DNA of 64,000 nucleotides from an uncultured Clostridia bacterium (GTDB lineage: Bacteria > Bacillota > Clostridia > TANB77 > CAG-508). The DNA lies in the NCBI GenBank assembly GCA_934120315.1, contig CAKOTX010000002.1, forward strand, positions 19,185-83,184, read 5' to 3'. Below are positions 29,217 through 38,284 of this stretch, in pieces (positions within the stretch are counted from its first letter, which is position 1; every line of letters starts with the position of its first letter). Position numbers and translations under genes: made by a program. A model generated the notes under the pieces. That model made no database searches. It was not told the DNA's origin and saw only the letters and a list, made by a program, of their open reading frames with translations.

Positions 29217-29242
29217 CCCCCCAAGACGTTAGTCTTGGGGGG
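29217..29242. other. perfect 11-bp G/C-rich stem-loop CCCCCCAAGAC-gtta-GTCTTGGGGGG between convergent genes
   Basis: Seen directly. No flanking T-run on either strand. Confidence 0.8.
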
Positions 29243-29276
29243 ATAGATTAGAGCTTGAAACTATCGGTTTTGTCGA

Positions 29277-30830
29277 TTATTCGGCAGGGTTGACAGCAGG
29301 AGCCTGAGTAGGCTGCTGAGCCTTCTCGTCCTTTTTCTTGTCGAACATATCGAGCATCAGGTATCCCATGACAGGGTTGTTGGCTCCGGTCATATTGCCA
29401 CCCATCATGGAAGACATGAGAAACACCTTCATCATGTCGTCATCGCCGCCGTCCTTCTCCTTCAGGAGCATGAGCGGAAGCAGCTGGTTCATAGTGGCAT
29501 TCTGATCGCCATCTTCTGCCGGAGCAGACATAATGGAAGACATGAGCATCATCTTCATCATGTCGTCATCGCCACCGAGCTTGTCCTTGAAAAGCATCAA
29601 CGGAAGCAGCTGGTTCATCTGACCGCCGTCTTCGCCGGACTGGCCACACATTGCAGACATGATAGCCAGCTTCTCGACATCAAAGTCATCGCCCATGTTG
29701 AAGGAATCGCTGAGAGCGATAATCTTGGAATAGCAGCTGAAGCCCAGAACATTCTTGATAGGAATGACAGTCTTCATCTCGCCGGTCTTGGCACACAGGG
29801 TCTGGGTGCTTCCCTTTGCAACCTTCATTACGAAGTAGTATTCGCCGGAGTCCTTGATGAGGTCGCCCTCGTTCAGCTTGGTAGTAGGCAGAATGAAGAT
29901 AGGAAGATTGCCAAGCTGCATGTCGCCGACATCGGTGATTTCTTTCTTCTTCTTGTCGTAGATCCGCCAGTTGTCGCCGTTCTTGACAGCAACACCCATC
30001 AGGGTACTCGCGATGTTTTCGTCTTTGTTGGGACCGAACTCCATGTTCATGTTAAAAATGTTGTTTGCCATAGTAGTATCCTCCTTGATTTCTTGTTGTG
30101 TGGATTGTTCCGCTTGTCGTTGTTGTTGTTCGAGTTCTCTGGTTCTCAGTGCACTTTCGCGTTCTTGCAAAGATTGTTCCTTGTCTTTTAAAGCATTTTC
30201 ACGCTCTTGCAAAGATTGTTCATTGCTTTTTAAAGCATGTTCACGTTCTTGCAGTTCACGCGCTTTGCACATCAATTTACCAGCTTTTGCGAATTTTTCA
30301 TAGTCGGACTGTTCGAATTCAAAGCCCAATGTAATGGCCATAAGAAGCGTATTACCTTTGTCACCCAATTTGACACAATTACAATGGTCTACGTATTCAC
30401 AAGTCCAGCATATGTTGCTTCCTACTTGACTATCTGCGGTAAATGGAACACTGAAAGTAACAATGGGTTTATCCGAATGTTCAATGATAGAATCAATCGG
30501 AAATTTCCCACTCATATTCTGCTTAGCTCTTACACAAATTTTTTTTGTCGAATAGTTAAGGGAGTTGCCATAGAAATAAATTTTATAGCAACCTCGATTA
30601 TGATTAGACGGGATATTAGGACATTCGAAATTAGTTTGGAAATCGTAAGAATCGTAATCTCCTAATTTGTGGTAGCTGTTCCAGTCGTGCCATTCTCCGC
30701 AATAGGGACATAGAAAGCGTTTCGGGGTCAAGTCCAAGAGTCCTTTTTCCACGAAGGCATCCTCCTTGTCTATACTGCTAGGTTGATAGTTTCTAACTCC
30801 TTTCTTAATAGTGTATTTGTGCATATACAC
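29277..30830 (-). CDS. GC-rich (about 48-50%) hypothetical 517-aa protein: Cys-rich N-terminal domain, 14-aa coiled-coil repeats, central globular domain, duplicated Met/Asp-rich C-terminal repeat
   Basis: CPYCGEWHDW...CPNIPSNHNRGC...CWTCEYVDHCNC Cys clusters. (R-E-x-A-L-K-x-x-E-Q-S-L-Q-E)x3 repeats. The unit GGQMNQLLPLML(F/L)K(D/E)K-GGDDDMMK occurs twice. Confidence 0.7.
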   Translation of the reverse strand: MYMHKYTIKKGVRNYQPSSIDKEDAFVEKGLLDLTPKRFLCPYCGEWHDWNSYHKLGDYDSYDFQTNFECPNIPSNHNRGCYKIYFYGNSLNYSTKKICVRAKQNMSGKFPIDSIIEHSDKPIVTFSVPFTADSQVGSNICWTCEYVDHCNCVKLGDKGNTLLMAITLGFEFEQSDYEKFAKAGKLMCKARELQEREHALKSNEQSLQERENALKDKEQSLQERESALRTRELEQQQRQAEQSTQQEIKEDTTMANNIFNMNMEFGPNKDENIASTLMGVAVKNGDNWRIYDKKKKEITDVGDMQLGNLPIFILPTTKLNEGDLIKDSGEYYFVMKVAKGSTQTLCAKTGEMKTVIPIKNVLGFSCYSKIIALSDSFNMGDDFDVEKLAIMSAMCGQSGEDGGQMNQLLPLMLFKDKLGGDDDMMKMMLMSSIMSAPAEDGDQNATMNQLLPLMLLKEKDGGDDDMMKVFLMSSMMGGNMTGANNPVMGYLMLDMFDKKKDEKAQQPTQAPAVNPAE

Positions 30831-30886
30831 TTTAGGCTACCAAAGTCAATTTGCCTTTGATATAAGCACATAAAATACCAACATCT

Positions 30887-30915
30887 ATTATACTGCGACT
30901 TTACATAAAAGTCAA
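30887..30915 (-). promoter_or_regulatory. consensus sigma-A promoter (TTGACT-17-TATAAT) for GC-rich gene 2
   Basis: On the minus strand, -35 at 30915-30910 and -10 at 30892-30887. About 55-nt leader. Confidence 0.55.
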
Positions 30916-30982
30916 TATATTTCTGTTTTATTCACATTTTGTACGCTAAAATGGTGGATAGGAACTCAATATCATTAACTTA

Positions 30983-31026
30983 ATGAAAAAAAGAGAAAAC
31001 CTACAAAAATTTGTAAGTTTTCTCTT
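30983..31026 (-). terminator. terminator of the 31061-31465 gene
   Basis: AAGAGAAAAC...GTTTTCTCTT stem with a T-run in minus orientation. Confidence 0.65.
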
Positions 31027-31060
31027 AAGTTAATGACATTGCTCATTAGAGAACTTTTTG

Positions 31061-31465
31061 TTATTTTGTTGCTTCTATAAAAAGTTGCTTATTTTCAAGC
31101 AGAGGTGTAATTTCTTCTTGCATTTGTAAAAGCTGTTCATAATTACTCCGAGTACTTGAATCCCATATAGGAAGTAATTCAAGTAGATTAAGATTAGAAG
31201 TAATTTGCTTTAGAATAACTTTTGCAATGTCAGAAATTTTTGCCCCTTTTTTTATAGAAATCAAATTTTCAAGTTGGATATAGTCATATTGATTCATGTC
31301 GCCAAACTCTTTGAATTCTTTTTTACGTAAATCTTTGTCATTTAAGAGAGGATATAATTTATTGAACAGACTAAAAGTTTTTCTTATAATAAGGTAACTG
31401 ATAGTTGTTGGAATAAGGTAAATCCAACAAATGCCTAATAGAAGAACGATAAGCAAGAAATTCAT
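31061..31465 (-). CDS. hypothetical small membrane protein (134 aa)
   Basis: Start chosen at the Met preceding the TM helix MNFLLIVLLLGICWIYLI. An AGGGGG-like RBS is present. The track ORF extends into the promoter region. Confidence 0.5.
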   Translation of the reverse strand: MNFLLIVLLLGICWIYLIPTTISYLIIRKTFSLFNKLYPLLNDKDLRKKEFKEFGDMNQYDYIQLENLISIKKGAKISDIAKVILKQITSNLNLLELLPIWDSSTRSNYEQLLQMQEEITPLLENKQLFIEATK

Positions 31466-31608
31466 TTTTGTGCCCCCTATAAAAATTATTTTTGCTAGAG
31501 TATAGAAAATTTTATTAAAATTATAGCATATATCCATAAAATAAGCAAGATATAAGCGAATAAAATAATTGAATTTGTACATAATGTATTTGAAAGTGAG
31601 GAAGTATT

Positions 31609-32037
31609 ATGGAAGAAAGATTAAACCAATTATTATGTGATTTAGAAGTTTTTTCAGTTAAGTTGCAAAATTATCATTGGAATGTAACTGGAAAAGGATT
31701 TTTTTTAACTCATGAAAAATTAGAAGAGTATTATGAAGAAATAAGAGAACAATTAGATGAAGTAGCAGAACATATTGCAATAAAAGGTTCAGAACCATTT
31801 GGCAGAATGGAAGACTTTTTGAAGAATGCTAGGATAATGGAAGCTAAAAATGAAAAAATAAAAAGTTTAGATATTATAAAAAATGTTGTTAAAGATTTAG
31901 AAATTCTGAAAAATGATGTAGAGTTAATAAAAAAGGAAGCGGAAGAAGAGAATGACTATGCGACATCTACACTAATGGATGAATATTTACAAGATTATTC
32001 AAAAAGAATATGGATGCTAAATGAAACAATCAAATAA
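31609..32037 (+). CDS. Dps-family DNA-binding ferritin-like protein
   Basis: Ferritin-like di-iron motif (NYHWNV...HE...E...). 142 aa. Confidence 0.85.
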   Translation: MEERLNQLLCDLEVFSVKLQNYHWNVTGKGFFLTHEKLEEYYEEIREQLDEVAEHIAIKGSEPFGRMEDFLKNARIMEAKNEKIKSLDIIKNVVKDLEILKNDVELIKKEAEEENDYATSTLMDEYLQDYSKRIWMLNETIK

Positions 32038-32044
32038 TCATAAA

Positions 32045-32086
32045 ACAAAAAATCACTTAATAAAATTTATTAAGTGATTTTTTTTG
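32045..32086. terminator. strong bidirectional terminator (14-bp perfect palindrome AATCACTTAATAAA/TTTATTAAGTGATT)
   Basis: A6 run upstream and T8 run downstream. Confidence 0.8.
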
Positions 32087-32201
32087 GAATTTACTATACA
32101 AATTAAAAAATTAGTTATATAATGTATGCGATAATGGGAAAAATGGCAATTGACATTTTCCTTTATATTAAAGCCTATAGAATAGGCAAAAGGAGATAAT
32201 T

Positions 32202-33665
32202 ATGGAATTAAAAAAAATATTAGTAGGATTAGATGGATTAAAAGCAAAAGGAAGTCTAGATGTTGATGTAAAACATTTAGATAGTAATTCAAAGAATATA
32301 AAAGAAGGAGATATGTTTGTTGCAATAAAAGGATTTAGTGTAGATGGACATCAATATATAAATGATGCTATAAAAGCTGGGGCAAAAGTTGTAATGGTAC
32401 AAGAAGGATGTGACTTAAAAGCAATAAGTTTACCAGAAGATGTTACATTAATAATGGCAAAGGATACAAGAGAAGCATTAGCGATATGCAGTTGTAATTT
32501 TTATGATAATCCATCAAGAAAATTTAAATTGATAGGAGTAACAGGTACAAAAGGAAAAACAACTACAACATTTATGATAAAAGAAATCTTAGAAAAAGCT
32601 GGACATAAAGTAGGATTAATAGGAACAATAGCAACATATATTAATGGAAAGATGATTTCTGAAAGTAGTAGAACAACACCAGAAAGTTTGGAACTTCAAA
32701 AAACATTTGCAGATATGGCTGAGGCTGGAATTGAATATGCTGTTATGGAAGTATCTTCACAAAGTTTAAAATTACATAGAGTAGATGGATGTAATTTTGA
32801 TATAGTAGTTTTCACAAACTTTTCAGAAGATCATATTAGTGAAAAAGAACATCCAAATATGGAAGATTATTTTAATTCAAAATTAAAATTATTTGAAATG
32901 TGTGATAATGGAATAATTAATGTTGACGATTTGCAAGTAGCAAAAGTTCCAAAACTATTTCCAAATAGTACAATAATGACATATGGAATTGATAACTATT
33001 GTGAAATTTTGGCAAAAGATATAACAATAACAAATTCATATGTAGATTTTAGAGTAAAAGTATCTGATAGAAATGAAAGAGTAAAAGTTGATATACCAGG
33101 AAGATTTAGTGTGTATAATGCACTTGCAGCAATATGTGTTGCAAAAAAGATTGGAGTTCCATCAGATAAAGTAATAGAAGCATTAGCAGATATCAAGGTT
33201 CCAGGAAGATCAGAAATGGTACCAAATAAAAAAGAGATACCAATTATGATAGATTATGCACATTCTCCAGAAAGTTTGCAAAATATATTATCAGCAGTAA
33301 AAAGTTATACAAGAGGAAGAGTAATATCTGTATTTGGATGTGGAGGAGATAGAGATAAAACTAAGAGACCAATAATGGGAGAAATATCTGGAAGAATTGC
33401 AGATTTTACATTCATAACATCAGATAATCCACGTACAGAAGAACCAGAAGAAATTGTTAGAGAAATAGAAGAAGGAATTAAAAAGACAAAAGGAAATTAT
33501 AAAGTAGTAGTTGATAGAACAGAAGCAATAAAAGAAGCAATAAATATGGCTACAAAATTAGATATAATAGTTCTTGCAGGAAAAGGGCATGAACCATATC
33601 AAGAAATAAATGGAAAAAAATATCCATTTGATGAAAGAATAATTGTAAAAGAAATCATAGGATAA
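32202..33665 (+). CDS. murE: UDP-N-acetylmuramoyl-L-alanyl-D-glutamate--2,6-diaminopimelate ligase
   Basis: Mur ligase P-loop GVTGTKGKTTTT. DAP-type DNPR motif (ITSDNPR). Confidence 0.93.
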   Translation: MELKKILVGLDGLKAKGSLDVDVKHLDSNSKNIKEGDMFVAIKGFSVDGHQYINDAIKAGAKVVMVQEGCDLKAISLPEDVTLIMAKDTREALAICSCNFYDNPSRKFKLIGVTGTKGKTTTTFMIKEILEKAGHKVGLIGTIATYINGKMISESSRTTPESLELQKTFADMAEAGIEYAVMEVSSQSLKLHRVDGCNFDIVVFTNFSEDHISEKEHPNMEDYFNSKLKLFEMCDNGIINVDDLQVAKVPKLFPNSTIMTYGIDNYCEILAKDITITNSYVDFRVKVSDRNERVKVDIPGRFSVYNALAAICVAKKIGVPSDKVIEALADIKVPGRSEMVPNKKEIPIMIDYAHSPESLQNILSAVKSYTRGRVISVFGCGGDRDKTKRPIMGEISGRIADFTFITSDNPRTEEPEEIVREIEEGIKKTKGNYKVVVDRTEAIKEAINMATKLDIIVLAGKGHEPYQEINGKKYPFDERIIVKEIIG

Positions 33666-33678
33666 AATATAAGAAAGG

Positions 33679-34665
33679 TTGATAAAATTGGAATTTCAAA
33701 TAAATATATTATTATTATCATTTGCCATAACAGTAATTTTAGGATTTATGATAGTGCCAATATTAAGAAAATTAAAAGTTGGGCAAATAGAAAGAAGTGA
33801 CGGACCAGAATCTCATTTAAAAAAACAAGGAACACCAACAATGGGTGGAATTATTATGATGCTTGGAATAATTATTATAACTATTGGAGCATATATATAT
33901 TATAAATCAAGAGATTTAACATTAGCTAAAAATTTGTTACCTATATTAGGATTGACAATAGGATTTGGAGTTATAGGATTTATAGATGACTTTAAAAAAT
34001 TAGTATTAAAAAATACAAAAGGATTAAGTCCAAGTTTGAAAATGTTAGGATTATTGATTATATCAGTAATTTATGTATTGTATTTAATTAATGGACTAAA
34101 TTTAGGAACAGAAATGTATTTACCTATAGTAAAACAATATGTTACTTTACCAATTTATTTTTATATACCATTTGCTATTGTTGTAATACTTGCAACTACA
34201 AATGCAGTAAATTTAACAGATGGAATAGACGGACTATCATCAAGCGTATGTACTATTATAATTACTTGTTTGACAATTATTGCAACAATATTTGAGGTAA
34301 AAGAAATAGTAGTCTTTGGAGCAATAGTTATAGGAGCAGTTTTAGGATTTTTAATGTTTAACATACACCCTGCAAAAGTGTTTATGGGAGATACAGGTTC
34401 ACTATTTTTAGGAGGAGTAATTTCAGGAATTGCGTTATATTTAAAAATGCCACTAATATTATTAGTAATAGCAATTATTCCGGTAATAGAAACACTTTCT
34501 GTAATTATACAAGTAACATATTTCAAGAAAACAGGAAAAAGAGTGTTCAAAATGGCACCAATACATCATCATTTTGAGCTATCAGGATGGAAAGAAAATC
34601 AAGTAGTTATTCTATTTAGTATAATTACTTTAGTAGTAAGTGTGATAGGACTACAAATAGTATAA
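33679..34665 (+). CDS. mraY: phospho-N-acetylmuramoyl-pentapeptide transferase
   Basis: Polytopic membrane protein with MraY motifs (GTPTMGG, NLTDGIDGL, FMGDTGSL). Confidence 0.95.
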   Translation: MIKLEFQINILLLSFAITVILGFMIVPILRKLKVGQIERSDGPESHLKKQGTPTMGGIIMMLGIIIITIGAYIYYKSRDLTLAKNLLPILGLTIGFGVIGFIDDFKKLVLKNTKGLSPSLKMLGLLIISVIYVLYLINGLNLGTEMYLPIVKQYVTLPIYFYIPFAIVVILATTNAVNLTDGIDGLSSSVCTIIITCLTIIATIFEVKEIVVFGAIVIGAVLGFLMFNIHPAKVFMGDTGSLFLGGVISGIALYLKMPLILLVIAIIPVIETLSVIIQVTYFKKTGKRVFKMAPIHHHFELSGWKENQVVILFSIITLVVSVIGLQIV

Positions 34666-34682
34666 AAGTAAAGGAGATAGAA

Positions 34683-35852
34683 ATGGCAAAGAAAAAGAAT
34701 AAAATGGAAGGATTTTCTAGCTTTTTAAATAACTCAGTAGATTTTACTTTACTAATAACAGTACTATTGTTGTTGGCATTAGGATTAATAATGGTGCTAT
34801 CAGCGAGTGCACCAACTGCAGCTGCAAAAAATAATAATAATAGCTATTATTATTTTATAAGACAATTAATTTTTGCAGTTATAGGATTATTTTTAATGTA
34901 TATTATATCAAGAATAGATTATAGAATATACCAAAGATTTTATAAACATGCATGGTGGCTATCTATTATATTATTAGTTGCAGTATTTGCTTTTGGTAGT
35001 GATAGCCATGGTGCTAAAAGATGGATTGATTTAGGAATTATCACATTTCAACCATCAGAAATAGTAAAAATACTAATGATTATTTTTTATGCAGGAATAC
35101 TTGTTAAAGATAGAGAAGAATTAGGAAGCTTTTGGAAAGGTATAGTAAAACATTTATTGTACTTAGTTCCGATTGCAGCTTTGCTTGTAATGGAACCACA
35201 CGTAAGTACAACAATGGTTATAACGATTGTTGTATGTATTATGATGATAATGGCAGGATGCAAATTTTGGCAATTTATATTGTCAGGTATTATTGCTTTA
35301 ACAGCAGCAGGAGGAGTAGCAACTGTATTGTATTATGCAAGCAGTTGGTTCCAAAAAAAGTTCCAATACATAGTAACTAGATTTATTACATTTACAGATC
35401 CTTGGCAAGATGCGACAGGAAAAGGCTGGCAGATTATTCAAAGTTTATATGCAATAGGTTCAGGTGGATTGTTTGGAGTTGGATTAGGAGAAAGTAAGCA
35501 AAAATATTTATATTTATCAGAACCATACAATGACTTTATTTTTTCTGTATTAGCAGAAGAATTAGGTTTTGTTGGGTGTTTATTAGTTTTTGTGTTATTT
35601 GCTTTCTTTATTTGGAGAGGAGTTTTAATTGCAATGAGAGCTCCAGATATGTTTGGAAGCTTAGTAGCAATTGGAATAACAGCATTAGTTGGAGTGCAAG
35701 TAATAATAAATGTAGCAGTAGTTACATCATCAATGCCAGTTACAGGTATGCAATTACCATTCTTTAGTTATGGTGGTACAGCATTAGCTCTGTTACTGTG
35801 TGAAGTTGGAATTCTGCTTAGTATATCAAGGGCAGGAAATAAGGCTAATTAG
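34683..35852 (+). CDS. ftsW: SEDS-family peptidoglycan polymerase FtsW/SpoVE
   Basis: Ten-TM SEDS protein located between mraY and murG. Confidence 0.9.
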   Translation: MAKKKNKMEGFSSFLNNSVDFTLLITVLLLLALGLIMVLSASAPTAAAKNNNNSYYYFIRQLIFAVIGLFLMYIISRIDYRIYQRFYKHAWWLSIILLVAVFAFGSDSHGAKRWIDLGIITFQPSEIVKILMIIFYAGILVKDREELGSFWKGIVKHLLYLVPIAALLVMEPHVSTTMVITIVVCIMMIMAGCKFWQFILSGIIALTAAGGVATVLYYASSWFQKKFQYIVTRFITFTDPWQDATGKGWQIIQSLYAIGSGGLFGVGLGESKQKYLYLSEPYNDFIFSVLAEELGFVGCLLVFVLFAFFIWRGVLIAMRAPDMFGSLVAIGITALVGVQVIINVAVVTSSMPVTGMQLPFFSYGGTALALLLCEVGILLSISRAGNKAN

Positions 35853-35864
35853 AAAGGAACAAAA

Positions 35865-36986
35865 ATGAGAGTTATTATAGCAGCGGCAGGAACTGGTGGA
35901 CATATAAATCCAGGTCTTGCAATAGCAAATAAAATAAAAGAAGAAGAACCAGATTCAGAAATAATATTTATAGGAACACCAAGAGGACTAGAAAATGATT
36001 TAGTTCCAAGAGCTGGATATGGATTAAAAAAGATAAATGCATATGGATTAAGTAAAAAAATATCAATAGACAACTTGAAAAAAATATGTTCAACAATATC
36101 TGCAACAGGTGATGCAAAAAAAATAATAAAAGAATTTAAGCCAGATGTTGTAGTTGGAGCTGGAGGATATATTTGTGGACCAGTAGTTTGGGCTGCAAAG
36201 AAAATGAAAGTTCCAGTAGTATTGCATGAAAGTAATGCATTTCCTGGAAAAGCAGTAAAAGTATTATCCAAAAAGGCAGACACTGTTTTAATATCTTTTG
36301 AAGAAGCACGTTCTAGAATACCAAATGCTAAAAATATAGTATTTACAGGTACACCAGTAAAAATAGAAAAAAGAGAATATTCAGCAGAAGAAAAAAACAA
36401 AATATTACAAACAGTTAATTTAGATTCTAAGTTTCCTATTGTTCTAGTGTTTGGCGGAAGTCAAGGAGCTCAAAAGATTAATGAAGCAATAATAGGAATT
36501 ATAGAAAATAAAATGAACAAAGATTATCAAATAATGTGGGCAACAGGTCCAAAACAATATGAGATAATAAAAAATGAACTAGCACAAAAAAACATAGATA
36601 TTGAAAAAATAGACAATGCCAAAATTGTGCCATATATATATAATATGGAAGAAATAATGAATGTTTCTAATATTATAGTAGCAAGAAGTGGAGCGATGAC
36701 AATAACAGAAATATCAAATTTAGGAAAGCCATCAATATTAATTCCACTTCCAAATGTAAGCCAAGACCATCAAACATATAATGCAAAAGTTTTAGAAAAT
36801 GTTGGAGCAGCAAAAATAATAAAAAATGATGAATTAAAAAAGGAAAATTTAAATGAAGAAATAGAAAAAATAATAAAAAATCCAGAATTGATGCATAAAA
36901 TGGAAGAAAAAGCTATTTCTAAATCAGTAAAAAATGTACAAGACAAAATATATAAAGAAATAAAAAAAGTAGTTAAGGCTAAATAA
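35865..36986 (+). CDS. murG: UDP-N-acetylglucosamine--N-acetylmuramyl-(pentapeptide) pyrophosphoryl-undecaprenol N-acetylglucosamine transferase
   Basis: GT28 N- and C-domain motifs (AAGTGGHINP, GGSQGA). Confidence 0.93.
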   Translation: MRVIIAAAGTGGHINPGLAIANKIKEEEPDSEIIFIGTPRGLENDLVPRAGYGLKKINAYGLSKKISIDNLKKICSTISATGDAKKIIKEFKPDVVVGAGGYICGPVVWAAKKMKVPVVLHESNAFPGKAVKVLSKKADTVLISFEEARSRIPNAKNIVFTGTPVKIEKREYSAEEKNKILQTVNLDSKFPIVLVFGGSQGAQKINEAIIGIIENKMNKDYQIMWATGPKQYEIIKNELAQKNIDIEKIDNAKIVPYIYNMEEIMNVSNIIVARSGAMTITEISNLGKPSILIPLPNVSQDHQTYNAKVLENVGAAKIIKNDELKKENLNEEIEKIIKNPELMHKMEEKAISKSVKNVQDKIYKEIKKVVKAK

Positions 36987-37004
36987 AAAGAAAGAGGTAA
37001 TAAT

Positions 37005-38192
37005 ATGCAATTAACAGGAATTCAAATAGCAATGATAATAATTGTAGTAGATTTTATAATATTGTTAATTAGCGAAATACTAATGAAAAAGCACTTGACC
37101 AAAAAAATAATGTTTCCAAAAACAAGATTAATAAAAGGGTCTGGAGTAACAAATGATGATTTAGACATAAACAATAGTGTGTTTTTACATATGACAGATG
37201 GAATTATAGCATTTGATAGAGATGGAAAAATAATATTAATAAATCCAGCTGCTCAAAAATTAATGAATGTATTACCAGAACATACTAATTTTGAAGATAT
37301 TTTTGGAAGACTACATTTAAATATAAACTTAGAGAAAATAATATATCTTGAAAACTGGACAAAAACAGAAGAAAGATTTCAAATTGAAGATAGATTTGTA
37401 AATGTATATTTTGCACCATTCAAAAAAGAAAATGATAGAACAGTTGGTGTTATAGCAGTTATACAAGATATAACAGAACATGTAAAATTAGATAACATGA
37501 GAAAAGAATTTATTGCAGATGTATCACATGAATTAAAAACACCGATTACATCTATTATGGGATATGCAGACACATTATTAGAAGAAGAGTATGACAAAGA
37601 AACTCAAAGCAAGTTTTTAAATGTTATTGCATCAGAAGCAAGAAGAATGGCTAAATTGGTAACAGATTTATTAACACTTTCTAGAAATGATAGTAATAGA
37701 AATGTGGTAAGACCTGAACAATTTGACTTAGGGGAATTAGTAAAAAAATGCCAGGACAAGCTTGCAATTGAAATAAAAAAGAAGAATCATGAAGTAAAAA
37801 GCTTTGTAACAGCTGATGTTCCACTAGTTTATGCAGACAAAGATGATATAGAAAGAGTAGTTTTAAATATATTAACAAATAGCATAAAATATACAAAAGA
37901 AGGTGGAGAAATCAAGATATATGTAGGATTTGTATATAATGATGCATATATAAAAGTTTTTGATAATGGTATAGGAATTCCAGAAGAAGACTTAAACAGA
38001 ATATTTGAAAGATTTTATAGAGTGGACAAGGCTCGTAGTAGAGAAATGGGTGGAACTGGTTTAGGACTTTCAATAGCAAAAGACCTTCTTGATAGAAATG
38101 GTGGAAGTATTGATATAAAGAGTGAAGTTGGAAAAGGAACAGAAGTAGTAATAAAAGTTCCAACCAAAGCAAAACAAGAAAAAGTGAACTAG
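37005..38192 (+). CDS. orphan PAS-domain sensor histidine kinase (HisKA + HATPase_c)
   Basis: N-terminal TM segment. PAS (MTDGIIAFDRDGKII). H-box HELKTPITSI. N/G boxes (NSIKYT, GGTGLGLSI). No adjacent response regulator. Confidence 0.85.
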   Translation: MQLTGIQIAMIIIVVDFIILLISEILMKKHLTKKIMFPKTRLIKGSGVTNDDLDINNSVFLHMTDGIIAFDRDGKIILINPAAQKLMNVLPEHTNFEDIFGRLHLNINLEKIIYLENWTKTEERFQIEDRFVNVYFAPFKKENDRTVGVIAVIQDITEHVKLDNMRKEFIADVSHELKTPITSIMGYADTLLEEEYDKETQSKFLNVIASEARRMAKLVTDLLTLSRNDSNRNVVRPEQFDLGELVKKCQDKLAIEIKKKNHEVKSFVTADVPLVYADKDDIERVVLNILTNSIKYTKEGGEIKIYVGFVYNDAYIKVFDNGIGIPEEDLNRIFERFYRVDKARSREMGGTGLGLSIAKDLLDRNGGSIDIKSEVGKGTEVVIKVPTKAKQEKVN

Positions 38193-38284
38193 TTTTATAT
38201 AGAATAGTTGAAAAAAAGTTTGAAATAATGTATAATATGAAAAGTTAAAAAACAAAAGATTAATTATAAGAAAAGGAGTAGATA

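Noticed and set aside
29971-30665. Three plus-strand ORFs (110, 78 and 142 aa) nested inside the 517-aa minus-strand gene
   Set aside because: Typical spurious open frames on the antisense strand of GC-rich coding DNA. No RBS. Low-complexity Cys/Ser-rich translations.
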